Assembly (NCBI GenBank): GCA_035534915.1
Contig: DATLQZ010000005.1
Location: 6,123-70,122 of the forward strand
DNA: 64,000 nucleotides
Direction: 5' to 3'
Source: Candidatus Dormiibacterota bacterium
GTDB lineage: Bacteria > Chloroflexota > Dormibacteria > Aeolococcales > Bog-877
Shown here: positions 1 through 8,835 of the stretch, in pieces
Position numbering within the stretch: position 1 is the stretch's first letter
How the letters are laid out: each line of letters starts with the position of its first letter
Made by a program: the position numbers and the translations under genes
Notes under the pieces: generated by a model
What the model was told of the DNA's origin: nothing
The model's database searches: none
What the model saw: only the letters and a program-made list of their open reading frames with translations

Positions 1-95
1 ATCAGCGTATTCCTCGTTGAGCTGAAGGAGCCGGTCCAGCTCCCCCTTGCGTAACTGCATCTGAAATACATAGCGTGGCATATGGCCCTCTGGAA

Positions 96-1676
96 TCACT
101 GGGTGGACAGGGTAGAGGAGCGGTCGACGATGCCTGGCTCTCCGGTGAGAGGAGCGTCGCCTTCCGCAGCGTATCGCTGCCGGAGCTCACGTCGCAGAAG
201 CTTGCCCACAGAACTCCGAGGAAGGTCATCTACGATGAGAAAGCGGCGGGGGACCTTGTAGGCAGCCAACCGGGCGCGGCAGAAAGCGTCAAGCGAATCC
301 GAATCGAGATTGGCGCCCTTGCGCGGAACGACAGCCGCCCAGGGTTTTTCGCCTTTGACTTTATCGGGCACCGCGAACGCGGCACACAGCGCAACGTCTG
401 GGTGCGCTTGCAGAACTTCCTCGAGTTCGGCCGGGTAGACGTTGTAGCCGCCCGTAATGATCATGTCATTCTTGCGGTCGACGATGTAGAGGAAGCCGCG
501 TTCGTCACGACGTGCGAGATCTCCCGTGTGGAGCCATCCTCCCTTTAATGTGACCGCGCTGTCGTCCGCTCGCTGCCAATAGCCCGTCATGATCTGGGGA
601 CCGCGCGCAGTCAGCTCTCCGATTGACCCCACTGGAACCTCGGAGTCGTCATCATTGGTGATTCGGATCTCGGTCATTGGATATGGGACACCGCATGAGA
701 GTTCCGGCGCATCGCCGTAGCGCATGTTCGCTGCCAGGTTCCCGGCGGCTTCGGTGATGCCGTAGCAGTCGAGGACGCGCGTGCCGTACAGGTGTTTAAA
801 GTCGATGCGGATCTGGCTGGCCAGCGGCGCCCCAGCGCTGAAGGCGATTTGGAGCCGACTGAAGTTCAGTGGGGCCAACGTTTCGTCGGGGAGCTGGGCA
901 AGAAGCGCGTACGTCGTGGGCACCCCGGCGCAGGCAGTGGCTCGAACCTGGTCCAGCAGCTCGGCGAACAGGGGTGGGTCAAATCGGGGCTGGACCACCA
1001 TTGTCGCGCCGGCCGTGAAGAGGCCCCCCATAATGATGTTGCCCGGGTAGAGGTGCACGAGTGGAAGCGCTTGAAGCAGTACATCGTCGGCCCGTAGCTG
1101 TAGATGGTTTGCTGATAGGATCGCTTGCATAGCAAGCGAATCATGAGTGTGCACGATTCCCTTCGAATGACCGGTTGTGCCGGAACTGTAGGGGAGGCAT
1201 GCGGGCATATCGTCAGTCGGATATGGTAGGTCGCGGCCGGGGGTGGATAGCAGTTCCGTCAGGGAGAGGGTCCCGTCGGAGCGCTCCACACCGGTGGTAA
1301 TTAGCGTGTGCAGAGGCAAGCCTGGAAGCACATTCGTTAGGCTCGCGAGAAGGTCGGGAGTGGTGACGAGAGCGGATGCGGCGCTGTCAGCGAGAAGGTA
1401 GCGCACTTCACGCGAGGTGAAGACGCTGTTGATCGGGTTGGCGATCATCCCAGCACGCATCGCGCCGTAGAAGCAAGTGATGTAGTCGACCGTGTTCGGT
1501 AGGTAGAGACTTATCCGGTCGCCCGGCTGAAGTCCAAGATCGACCAGAGCCGCCGCAAATCGTCGCGTCTCTTCAGCGAGCTCGCCGTACGTGCGCCTCT
1601 CGTCTCCGACGATGCAGGCGGCGTGGGCAGCGTCGCGATCAGCGTGCTCGTCCAAAAGTCGGATCAAGGTAGCCAT
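96..1676 (-). CDS. AMP-dependent acyl-CoA synthetase/ligase (fatty-acid--CoA ligase-like)
   Basis: 526-aa ORF. AMP-binding signature YSSGTTGHSKGIVHTH and C-terminal VGKLLRRELR typical of adenylate-forming enzymes. Confidence 0.9.
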   Translation of the reverse strand: MATLIRLLDEHADRDAAHAACIVGDERRTYGELAEETRRFAAALVDLGLQPGDRISLYLPNTVDYITCFYGAMRAGMIANPINSVFTSREVRYLLADSAASALVTTPDLLASLTNVLPGLPLHTLITTGVERSDGTLSLTELLSTPGRDLPYPTDDMPACLPYSSGTTGHSKGIVHTHDSLAMQAILSANHLQLRADDVLLQALPLVHLYPGNIIMGGLFTAGATMVVQPRFDPPLFAELLDQVRATACAGVPTTYALLAQLPDETLAPLNFSRLQIAFSAGAPLASQIRIDFKHLYGTRVLDCYGITEAAGNLAANMRYGDAPELSCGVPYPMTEIRITNDDDSEVPVGSIGELTARGPQIMTGYWQRADDSAVTLKGGWLHTGDLARRDERGFLYIVDRKNDMIITGGYNVYPAELEEVLQAHPDVALCAAFAVPDKVKGEKPWAAVVPRKGANLDSDSLDAFCRARLAAYKVPRRFLIVDDLPRSSVGKLLRRELRQRYAAEGDAPLTGEPGIVDRSSTLSTQ

Positions 1677-1703
1677 TTGCCTCCCCTACTGTAGTTGGGC
1701 ATC

Positions 1704-1732
1704 ATACTAGGTCGGCGTCGGCCTAGTGTCAA
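1704..1732 (-). promoter_or_regulatory. sigma70-like promoter upstream of acyl-CoA ligase gene
   Basis: Minus strand reads TTGACA-N17-TAGTAT, followed by a GGGGAGG Shine-Dalgarno and the ATG at 1676. The spacer carries a CTAGG..CCTAG inverted repeat, a possible operator. Confidence 0.5.
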
Positions 1733-2435
1733 GTGGATCTTGGGAGGTGTGCGACAACGAAGTAGTGGCCCTTGGGCATGGAGGAGGAAGTCGGGGTATT
1801 CTGCATGGAGCTACGCACGCCGAGGGGTCCCGAGCGGGGCTCGACCCGTCTCACCTCCCGAACCTTGACGAGCAGCGAGCTCGGCTCTACTCCGAGCTGG
1901 CACCAGTCGGCGACCGTCGGCAGTGCAGCCGCAATGAGCTCCGGCACCGATGTGGCCAGCCCAACTGAGCTTGTGTCGACCCCAAGCAGTCGCGGCATGG
2001 GCTGCAATGCATTCTGACCAAGAAGGTGCCGGCAAGCCCGTAGCCCGGTAGTTCAAGCCGGGACTCGCTCTGGACATGGTTCAGCGCGAAGTCGCCAACT
2101 ACAGCGCTTCCCGACGATGGGCCCAGAGGTGGCGGAGTTCAAGGAGGGAATCTGCGAGGTCGGGCCGGTCTCACCCTAGCCGGGGCCCAGCCGCGGCCCC
2201 CGGGGGGAAGGGAGCCAGAGAGAGTTCAAGGAGGAATTCGACGGTGAGATGGTACGGTTCCGCCAGCTGGCAGCAGGCCTGCTGGCGGCCACCTGGAACG
2301 GTTACTGGAACCTAACAATGGGTACCGCGGGCCTCGCGTGGACTGCGGCTACGGGCACCAGGCCAAGTTACAAGGCTGCCGAGTACAGAGCGTTGACATG
2401 CCGGTCGGCCCGATCCATCCCCACCGAGCCTCTAA

Positions 2436-2650
2436 GTCTGCCACCAAGTTGGCCACGTCTGCTTCCCCACCGATGAGAACTTGGGCGCGGTCCTGAGCTC
2501 ACTCAGCCCCGGGTTGCGCTGGATGTTGGCCGGCCTGGGTAGCCAGGAGGCCTTTGGCCAGGCGCGGATGGACTTGGCCAAGCTGGCTGGGATCCCGCTC
2601 ACGGGCAAGAGAGTGAGGCGCAGCTCTGAGGCGGACGGAGAGCGGGTCCG
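2436..2650 (+). pseudogene. transposase-like fragment (ISKra4-like, tentative)
   Basis: Open frame begins right after a TAA. It reads VCHQVGHVCFPTDENLGAVLSSLSPGLRWMLAGLGSQEAFGQARMDLAKLAGIPLTGKRVRRSSEADGERV, which resembles the Zn-finger/HTH N-terminal part of ISKra4-type transposases from memory. No catalytic domain follows. Confidence 0.3.
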
Positions 2651-2780
2651 GCTCGAAGTCGCCTCTTCCGCTCAGACCGCATGTCGCCAGCCGAGGCGGG
2701 TTGGCATCAAAATCGGCATCAGCTACCGTCCCTGTTCCCCCTCGTCAGACTTGTGAGCCACCGTCCTGATCTGGATCTGC

Positions 2781-2812
2781 TGGAGGCGACTCCGGGAATC
2801 GAACCCCGGTTC
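2781..2812 (-). other. tRNA 3'-half-like remnant (T-arm plus acceptor strand, ends ...CGCCTCCA)
   Basis: Minus strand reads CCGGGGTTCGATTCCCGGAGTCGCCTCCA with a GTTCGATTC T-loop box. No matching D-arm or anticodon arm can be folded upstream. Confidence 0.4.
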
Positions 2813-3054
2813 GCGGTTTTGCAGAAGTCCGGTGCGGCTGATCGGCTCAGGCGCTGCCGGCGGCGGGGGTCTGGTCTGCGAGACAATCGGCCGGCGGCAC
2901 CGAGCAACCCCCCGATGACCGCCTCTGGCCAAGGGACCCTTTTGACGCCACCGAGGCAAGCATCGTGCGACCTAGGTTGGTATCAGCGTTGGTATCTAAG
3001 GGAGTGCCACGAGACCCGGGCCAGAGCCTGATGAAGCCCATTCTGATCTCAACA

Positions 3055-3144
3055 TGGCGGAGGGAGAGGGATTCGAACCCCCGGAAGCGTTGCCGCCTCA
3101 GCGGTTTTCAAGACCGCCGCAATCAACCGCTCTGCCATCCCTCC
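3055..3144 (-). tRNA. tRNA-Ser (anticodon UGA)
   Basis: Hand-folded cloverleaf. Acceptor GGAGGGA/TCCCTCC, anticodon stem GCGGT/ACCGC with loop CTTGAAA, long variable arm, T-loop GGTTCGAATCC, encoded CCA. Confidence 0.9.
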
Positions 3145-3239
3145 AGCGACCGCATCGAACTCAACCACATCCAGTCGATCGTGCTGACGTTGAAACAAGC
3201 GCCAGGACAGCCCGAACCAGGTCGGGGTGATTAGCTCCG

Positions 3240-3357
3240 GTGTCGCAGCCCCGAGCGTGTCCTGATGGATCGCCGTGACCACATGAGAATAACGATCCAG
3301 AGCGATTGCGACGGTCTCATGCCCCAGAATGACGGCGCGCCGCCTTAGGCTCCCCAC
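3240..3357 (-). pseudogene. tyrosine recombinase (phage integrase) C-terminal fragment
   Basis: Reads LRRRAVILGHETVAIALDRYSHV, the conserved LGH...Y box with the catalytic Tyr. Only about 35 aa are present, the frame runs on into the tRNA-Ser gene, and nothing integrase-like lies upstream. Confidence 0.55.
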
Positions 3358-3429
3358 ACTCCGATCCGCACCCGCCGGGGGTTGAGGTCAGCGTCCCGCC
3401 CACCATCGGCCAACGACATGGAAAAGCAC

Positions 3430-4075
3430 TCAGTGTGCCACCCACTCCGGATGGCGCTCCCACGGGGGGACCCTTGTCCGGCGCGACGGCTCGGTCTCGT
3501 CGAGAAGTAAAAGAAGCACGACGCCTGAGGCCCCTACCAGGCCGGCGGCGACCCAGAATGCAGCGCTGATCCCGCCGACCACGGCCGCTGCACCGAGCAC
3601 CAGGGGCCCAACCGCGTAGCCGCCGTCGCGCCAGAGACGGTAAACGCCGAGCGCCCCACCGCGCCACGCCGGGTGAGCCGGGTCCCCGACAGCGGTGATG
3701 AGATTGGGATAGACCAGCGCCATCCCCACGCCCATCGCTACCGCGCCGGAAAACCAGATTGCTGGCTGACCGGTAGCGATGATCATTACTATCCCGGCGG
3801 GGCGATCAGGAAGGTCCCAACCGTGATCGGACCCTTGCGCCCCACCCGGTCCGCCAGCGCCCCGGTAAACGCCCACCAGGAACCCCACTTGGACCAGGCT
3901 GAGCCCCAGATGGAGAAAGTACAGGGGAGAGAAGCCAATCACCAGGCTGTCCGCAAACTTGTTCACCAAAGGCACCCAGGCATACCGCCAGCATGCTGCG
4001 GCCGTGCAGGCTCATGTAGGTGGCCAAGCGAAGGAGATTCGGAGCCGACTGCAGGGCGGGTGACGAGCGCTCCAA
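3430..4075 (-). pseudogene. MFS transporter remnant (frameshifted/truncated)
   Basis: C-terminal TM-rich segment IWFSGAVAMGVGMALVYPNLITAVGD...GALGVYRLWRDGGYAVGPLVLG in one frame. Further MFS-like TM pieces lie in a second frame (3806-4075). There is no intact N-terminus. Confidence 0.5.
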
Positions 4076-4084
4076 TGATGACGA

Positions 4085-4268
4085 CGCCGAGAGCGAGCAG
4101 GTGGAGAAGGATGTGGACCGGGACTACTTCCTGACCGCGAAGGAGGCGTTGGAGTATGGCCTGATCGATCGCGTCCTGGAGCCGAAACGAGGTTTGGCCG
4201 CGAGCACCGAGGGAAGATCGGCAGCTGAACTGTCGGGGGCTCTGCTGGCCTCGCGGGACGGGGCTTAG
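4085..4268 (+). pseudogene. ClpP protease C-terminal fragment
   Basis: [31 protein letters not shown] matches the conserved ClpP C-terminus. The catalytic Ser/His/Asp region is absent. Confidence 0.5.
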
Positions 4269-4290
4269 CCAGGTGTCCAGCTCCGCGGAC

Positions 4291-4318
4291 TGAAAAGGGG
4301 TGACCGGTAGCTCCGGTC
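4291..4318 (-). terminator. putative intrinsic terminator after serS
   Basis: Minus strand has GACCGG-AGCTA-CCGGTC followed by ACCCCTTTT, about 30 nt after the serS stop. Confidence 0.4.
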
Positions 4319-4349
4319 GGCTATGTGCCCGACCACGAGCCCTTGCCCT

Positions 4350-5621
4350 TCAGGAGATCTCCGCTAGCCCCCCCATATACGGCTGCAACCGCTCTGGAAT
4401 TCGAATTTTGCCATCGCTGGTCTGATAGGTCTCTATCAGACAGTCGAGGGTGCGGGGTAGCGCCAGCGCGCTCCCGTTGAGAGTGTGGACAAACTCCGGC
4501 CGACCGGCTCCAGTACGGAAGCGAATCCCGGCCCGGCGCGCCTGGAAGTCTCCGAACACTGAGCAGGACGAGACCTCAAGGTAGCGCCCCAGCCCCGGTG
4601 CCCACGCGTCGATGTCGAATTTCTTCCACTGGGCGAAGCCCATGTCGCCAGCGCACATCAGACGCACCCGGTAGTGCAGGCCCAGAGCCTGCAGGACCGA
4701 CTCGGCGTCGCCGACTAACGACTCCAGCTCTTCCAGGGAGTGATCGGGGTGGACGAACTTGACCAACTCGACCTTGCTGAACTGGTGAAGCCTGATGTAA
4801 CCACGGGTGTCCCGGCCGGGCGCCCCTGCCTCGCTGCGCCAGCAGGGGGTCCACGCCACATGGCGTATGGGCAGCTGGTCTCCATCTAGAATCTCCTCGC
4901 GGTAGAGATTGGTGACCGGAACCTCGGCCGTCGGGATCAGGAAGCGATCGCCCTCCACCACATGAAAGGCGTCCTCCTCGAACTTCGGCAGGTTGGCCGT
5001 TCCCACCATGCAGTCGCGGCTCACGATGAACGGCGGGGCCACCTCGGTATAGCCGTGCTCCTTGGTCGCCATGTCGAGCATGAGTGAACTGAGGGCGCGC
5101 TCCAGCTGTGCGCCCGCCCCACGAAGCACCGCGAAGCGGCTGCCTGAGATCTTCACCGCTCGCTCAAAGTCGAAAATTCCGAGAGCCTCCCCCACCTCGT
5201 AGTGAGCCCTGGGCTGGAAGGCGAACTCTGGCGGAGAGCCCCAGGTGCGGATGAGCTGGTTGTCATCGTCCGACTGCCCCTCCGGCACCGACTCGTGGGG
5301 CAAGTTGGGCACCACCAGGAGCAGCCTCTGGAGCTGCTCCTCAAGCTCCTTCCGCTCCTGTTGCTTGCTCTGAATCCGAGACTTCAGCTCAGCCAGCTTG
5401 AGGCGCAGCTCTTCGATCGCCTGACCGCCTCCCCGGCTCAGCTCCCCGAACCGGGCCGAGCTCAGGTTGAGTTCGGCCCTGAGGGACTCCTCATCTCCAA
5501 GTGCACCGCGGTGCACACGGTCGAGCTCTAGGATCTCGTCAACAGGCGCAGGCTCCCCCTTGCGGCGTGCCCCCTCGCGTACCAGGTCGGCGTGGTCGCG
5601 GATGAACTGGATTCCGAGCAT
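4350..5621 (-). CDS. serS: seryl-tRNA synthetase
   Basis: 423-aa ORF with an N-terminal coiled-coil arm and a class II core ([34 protein letters not shown]). Confidence 0.95.
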   Translation of the reverse strand: MLGIQFIRDHADLVREGARRKGEPAPVDEILELDRVHRGALGDEESLRAELNLSSARFGELSRGGGQAIEELRLKLAELKSRIQSKQQERKELEEQLQRLLLVVPNLPHESVPEGQSDDDNQLIRTWGSPPEFAFQPRAHYEVGEALGIFDFERAVKISGSRFAVLRGAGAQLERALSSLMLDMATKEHGYTEVAPPFIVSRDCMVGTANLPKFEEDAFHVVEGDRFLIPTAEVPVTNLYREEILDGDQLPIRHVAWTPCWRSEAGAPGRDTRGYIRLHQFSKVELVKFVHPDHSLEELESLVGDAESVLQALGLHYRVRLMCAGDMGFAQWKKFDIDAWAPGLGRYLEVSSCSVFGDFQARRAGIRFRTGAGRPEFVHTLNGSALALPRTLDCLIETYQTSDGKIRIPERLQPYMGGLAEIS

Positions 5622-5623
5622 GC

Positions 5624-7126
5624 CTACAGGGTATCCGAGGAGAAGGTCCCACCCCCCACTGGCCGGAGAGTGGGAAACAGTACGACGTCGCGGATGTTGG
5701 CGGCGCCAGTCAGCAGCATCACCAACCGGTCGACCCCCAGACCGATGCCGCCAGCCGGAGGCATGCCATGTTCCAGCGCCTCCACGAAGTCCTCGTCGAA
5801 GGGCTGCGCCTCCAGGTCGCCCGCATCCCGCAGCCGAGCCTGCTCCATAAGCCGCGACCGCTGCTCGACCGGATCATTCAGCTCCGAGAAGGCGTTGGCC
5901 AGCTCCCTACCGGCCACCACGAGCTCAAAGCGCTCGGCGAAACGGGGATCCGCCCCGGGCCTGGCGAGCGGAGACACCTCCACTGGGTGGCCGGTGACGA
6001 AAACCGGTTGTTCGAGGTCTCGCTCTACCCTCTGATCGTAGACTTCGAAGAGAATCCGGCCGGGGCCGGCGCCGGGGGGGAACTCCACCCCCAGCTCGCG
6101 CGCGCTGGAAGCCATCCGGGCGGGGTCGTTCCAGAGCTCCATTGCGTCGAACCCGGTCCTGTCCCGGACCAGCTCCACCATCTTCATGCGCGCGTAGGGA
6201 CGTCTCAGTCCCTCTGGCGGCTCCGAGCCGCAGCTGGCCGCGGCATCAGCAGCCGCTCCAATCATCTCCTGGCACAGGTCCATCATCGATTCCAGATTGC
6301 CGTAAGCCTCGTAGGCCTCCAGCAGGGTGAACTCCGGGTTGTGCCGGGGAGACAGGCCCTCATTTCGGAATGTCCTGCCGATCTCGAAGACCCGCTCGAA
6401 CCCGCTGACCAGCAACCGCTTCAGATAAAGCTCGATCGCGATCCGCAGGTAGAAATCGGTGTCCAGCGCATGGTGGTGCGACACGAAGGGTCGGGCCTCG
6501 CCGCCCCCTGGAATCGGCTGCAGGATGGGTGTCTCGACCTCCATGAACCCGCGCCGCTCCAGCGCGCCCCGGAGGGCTCGGACTATCGCTGAGCGCTGCC
6601 GGAAGATCTCCCTTCGCGACGGATCAGACAACAGGTCCAGGTAACGGCGCCGGTAGCGAAGCTCCGGGTCGACCAACCCTCGGTGCTTCGCCGCGGGCGG
6701 TCGTAGGGACTTGGAGAGCAGCGTGAGACGGTCAAGAGACAGGGTGGGCTCACCGGACCTCGTCCTCGTCAACCTACCTTCCGCGCCAACGATATCCCCA
6801 AGATCCAGCTGAGTCAGCAGCTCCCAGGCGGCGCCACCATCCCTGGTCGCCAGAAGTTGCAGACTTCCCGACTCGTCGAGGCAGTCGGCGAAGGCGATAC
6901 CGCCGGACCGCCGGATCCGGAGAAGCCTGCCCGCCACGGCAGCTTCGGGACCCTGTTGGCCCGCCTCAGCAGGAGCGCTGGACGCCGCCGCAAGGCAGGT
7001 CGTGGTCGGATGGAAGTCGGTCCCCCACGGCTTGATCCCGCGCGCAGCGAGTTCCAGAGCCTTGTGCCGGCGCTCTTCGACGATGTCGGTCAGCTGCCCG
7101 CCGCCGTCGGGCGGCGGCTGGCTCAC
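5624..7126 (-). CDS. lysS: lysyl-tRNA synthetase, class II
   Basis: 500-aa ORF. Motifs [39 protein letters not shown] and [14 protein letters not shown]. Confidence 0.95.
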   Translation of the reverse strand: MSQPPPDGGGQLTDIVEERRHKALELAARGIKPWGTDFHPTTTCLAAASSAPAEAGQQGPEAAVAGRLLRIRRSGGIAFADCLDESGSLQLLATRDGGAAWELLTQLDLGDIVGAEGRLTRTRSGEPTLSLDRLTLLSKSLRPPAAKHRGLVDPELRYRRRYLDLLSDPSRREIFRQRSAIVRALRGALERRGFMEVETPILQPIPGGGEARPFVSHHHALDTDFYLRIAIELYLKRLLVSGFERVFEIGRTFRNEGLSPRHNPEFTLLEAYEAYGNLESMMDLCQEMIGAAADAAASCGSEPPEGLRRPYARMKMVELVRDRTGFDAMELWNDPARMASSARELGVEFPPGAGPGRILFEVYDQRVERDLEQPVFVTGHPVEVSPLARPGADPRFAERFELVVAGRELANAFSELNDPVEQRSRLMEQARLRDAGDLEAQPFDEDFVEALEHGMPPAGGIGLGVDRLVMLLTGAANIRDVVLFPTLRPVGGGTFSSDTL

Positions 7127-7590
7127 GCCACCTGGAGAATTCGGACTCGGCGGGGGCCTCCCGGGGTCTCGACGTCAACCTCCTCACCGGTCCGCCGACC
7201 CATCAGCGCCTTGCCTACCGGCGACTCAAGTGAGATCTTCCCCGAGCCCGCGTCGGCCTCGGCGGACCCGACGATCACGTAGCTGGTCTCGCCGAACTCG
7301 TCCTTGACCCCGACCGTCGAGCCCAGATGGACGAAGCCATCCACCTTCTCGCCGGTGTCGATGAGGCTGGCGTTCCTGATCATCTGCTCGACGGTCATGA
7401 TCCGGCCCTCTATGAACCCCTGGTCGTTCTTGGCGTCTTCATATTCGGCGTTCTCGCTCAGATCACCGAACTCTTTCGCGTGCTTGATGCGCAGCGCGAT
7501 CTCCGGGCGCCGCTCGTTGATCAGGTGGTTCAGCTCATCCTGCAGCTTCTGAAGACCCTCCGGGGTCAGCAGTACCGGCTTGTCCTGCAT
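7123..7590 (-). CDS. greA: transcription elongation factor GreA
   Basis: 155-aa ORF. LTPEGLQKLQDEL...GDLSENAEYEDAKNDQ is the classic GreA coiled-coil. Overlaps the lysS start by 4 nt. Confidence 0.95.
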   Translation of the reverse strand: MQDKPVLLTPEGLQKLQDELNHLINERRPEIALRIKHAKEFGDLSENAEYEDAKNDQGFIEGRIMTVEQMIRNASLIDTGEKVDGFVHLGSTVGVKDEFGETSYVIVGSAEADAGSGKISLESPVGKALMGRRTGEEVDVETPGGPRRVRILQVA

Positions 7591-7675
7591 CGCTCCACTT
7601 GCTCCTTGCCGGCATCAACCGGCATCACTGGCACCGCCTGCAACATCTCCCGTGGATGCAGGCCGGGGAAATGGA

Positions 7676-7704
7676 AGTCTACCTAAACCTTGCTGTAGTC
7701 GCAA
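7676..7704 (-). promoter_or_regulatory. putative greA promoter
   Basis: Minus strand TTGCGA-N17-TAGACT, about 80 nt upstream of the AAGGAG SD and the greA ATG. Confidence 0.4.
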
Positions 7705-7750
7705 GCTGGGCTTCGACACAGCCGTAGCGGTTCCTTCACCACTTCGCAAT

Positions 7751-7779
7751 TTGCCGCGCCTGATCATGGGTGCTACTCT
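7751..7779 (+). promoter_or_regulatory. putative promoter of an orphan plus-strand transcript
   Basis: TTGCCG-N17-TACTCT on the plus strand, divergent from the greA promoter and about 55 nt upstream of the strong terminator at 7833-7865. Confidence 0.3.
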
Positions 7780-7785
7780 AGCCTT

Positions 7786-7865
7786 GGTCATGAGATCCGC
7801 TCTCTTGGCCCTCAAGTCACCCCCCCCTCTCGGGGCGTCCCTTTCGGGGGGCGCCCTTTTTTTTT
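7786..7865 (+). ncRNA. candidate ~80-nt small RNA with a C8 tract (unnamed)
   Basis: Bounded by the promoter-like element and the terminator. Contains a C8 run at 7820-7827. The only ORF through it also crosses the terminator, so it is not plausible coding. Confidence 0.3.
7833..7865 (+). terminator. strong rho-independent terminator, plus-strand orientation
   Basis: 9-bp stem GGGCGTCCC / GGGGCGCCC (one G-U pair), 6-nt loop, then T9 at 7857-7865. Both flanking genes are on the minus strand. Confidence 0.7.
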
Positions 7866-7877
7866 GGGCTGCTGCGC

Positions 7878-8690
7878 TCAAATCCGGGGGCGGTTCATCT
7901 CCTCCAGTACCCGAAGCCCCTCCAGCAGGACCAAGGTGTCGATGACATCCACCCCTCGCACCAACGGGGCGACCAGGGGCGCCAGCCCACCCGTAGCCAC
8001 CACCTTGAGAGGAACTCCAAGCTCCCCGCGCATGCGCTCGATGAGGCCCTCAGCCTGGGCCGCGGCTCCGTACATGATGCCCGCCTGCATCGATGTGACC
8101 GTGGTTCTTCCCAGAACCTTGGGAGGAGCCGCCAGATCGACCCTGGGGAGTCGGGAGGCCCTGGAGAAAAGGGCATCGACTGAGAGCTGCAGCCCCGGGG
8201 TGATTGCCCCCCCGAGGTAGTTACCGCGCTGGTCGATCGCGTCGAAGACGGTCGCCGTGCCAAAGCTGACCATGATCGCCGGCCCGCCGTAGCGGTGATG
8301 GACCCCAACTGCGGTGACGATCCGGTCCGCCCCCACGTCGCGTGGGGGGTCGTAGTGAATCTCCATACCCGTCCTGGTGCCGGGGCCGACCAGCAGAGCG
8401 TCCAGGCCCAAATAGGTTTGGGCCATCTCCAGAAGCGGCTGGTTGAGCGTCGGGACCACGCAGCTGATGGCAACCGCCTTCACCTGCACAGGAAGCCCGC
8501 GCTGCTGCAGGAAGGTGAGCAGCTGCCCCCCCAACTCATCGGGGGTGGCGTCCCTCCTGGTGGAGAAGCGTCCGTGGGCATGCAGCTGCTCGCCCTCGAA
8601 CACCCCAATGGTGAGGTTGGAGTTTCCGACGTCAATGGCGAGCAGCAGTGCCTCGACCTCCTGGAGTTGGCGCCGAGAATGGCCCGCCAA
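7878..8690 (-). CDS. coaX: type III pantothenate kinase
   Basis: LLLAIDVGNSNLTIGVF...GADRIV...FGTATVFD...ATGGLA are CoaX/ASKHA motifs. The track ORF extends to 9386 with no homology. The start is placed at TTG 8690 and is uncertain. Confidence 0.85.
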   Translation of the reverse strand: MAGHSRRQLQEVEALLLAIDVGNSNLTIGVFEGEQLHAHGRFSTRRDATPDELGGQLLTFLQQRGLPVQVKAVAISCVVPTLNQPLLEMAQTYLGLDALLVGPGTRTGMEIHYDPPRDVGADRIVTAVGVHHRYGGPAIMVSFGTATVFDAIDQRGNYLGGAITPGLQLSVDALFSRASRLPRVDLAAPPKVLGRTTVTSMQAGIMYGAAAQAEGLIERMRGELGVPLKVVATGGLAPLVAPLVRGVDVIDTLVLLEGLRVLEEMNRPRI

Positions 8691-8835
8691 CGTTCTGCCG
8701 ACTATATCCCCGTCGCTGGTCCGTTCGCGCGGCCACGGTTGACGGTCGCTCGATGGGGGATACTGGGAGACCGAACGCCGCCGGCGCTCGCACCATCCCC
8801 ACCTCCCCCCGTTCCATGAGGTCTTCCCCCCCAAA

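Noticed and set aside
1-60. Possible start of a minus-strand gene running off the left edge (MQLRKGELDRLLQLNEEYAD...).
   Set aside because: Only 20 codons are visible and there is no clear SD, so it cannot be supported from this window.
2781-2935. Possibility that the tRNA-like element is tRNA-Sec or tmRNA.
   Set aside because: No UCA anticodon arm is foldable and the T-loop would be 8 nt. At ~147 nt it is too long for tRNA-Sec and too short for tmRNA. There is no G3-U70 Ala identity pair and no tag ORF.
7580-7945. 121-aa plus-strand ORF in the greA-coaX intergenic region.
   Set aside because: It reads straight through the strong terminator hairpin and T9 run and into coaX antisense. The composition is shadow-like.
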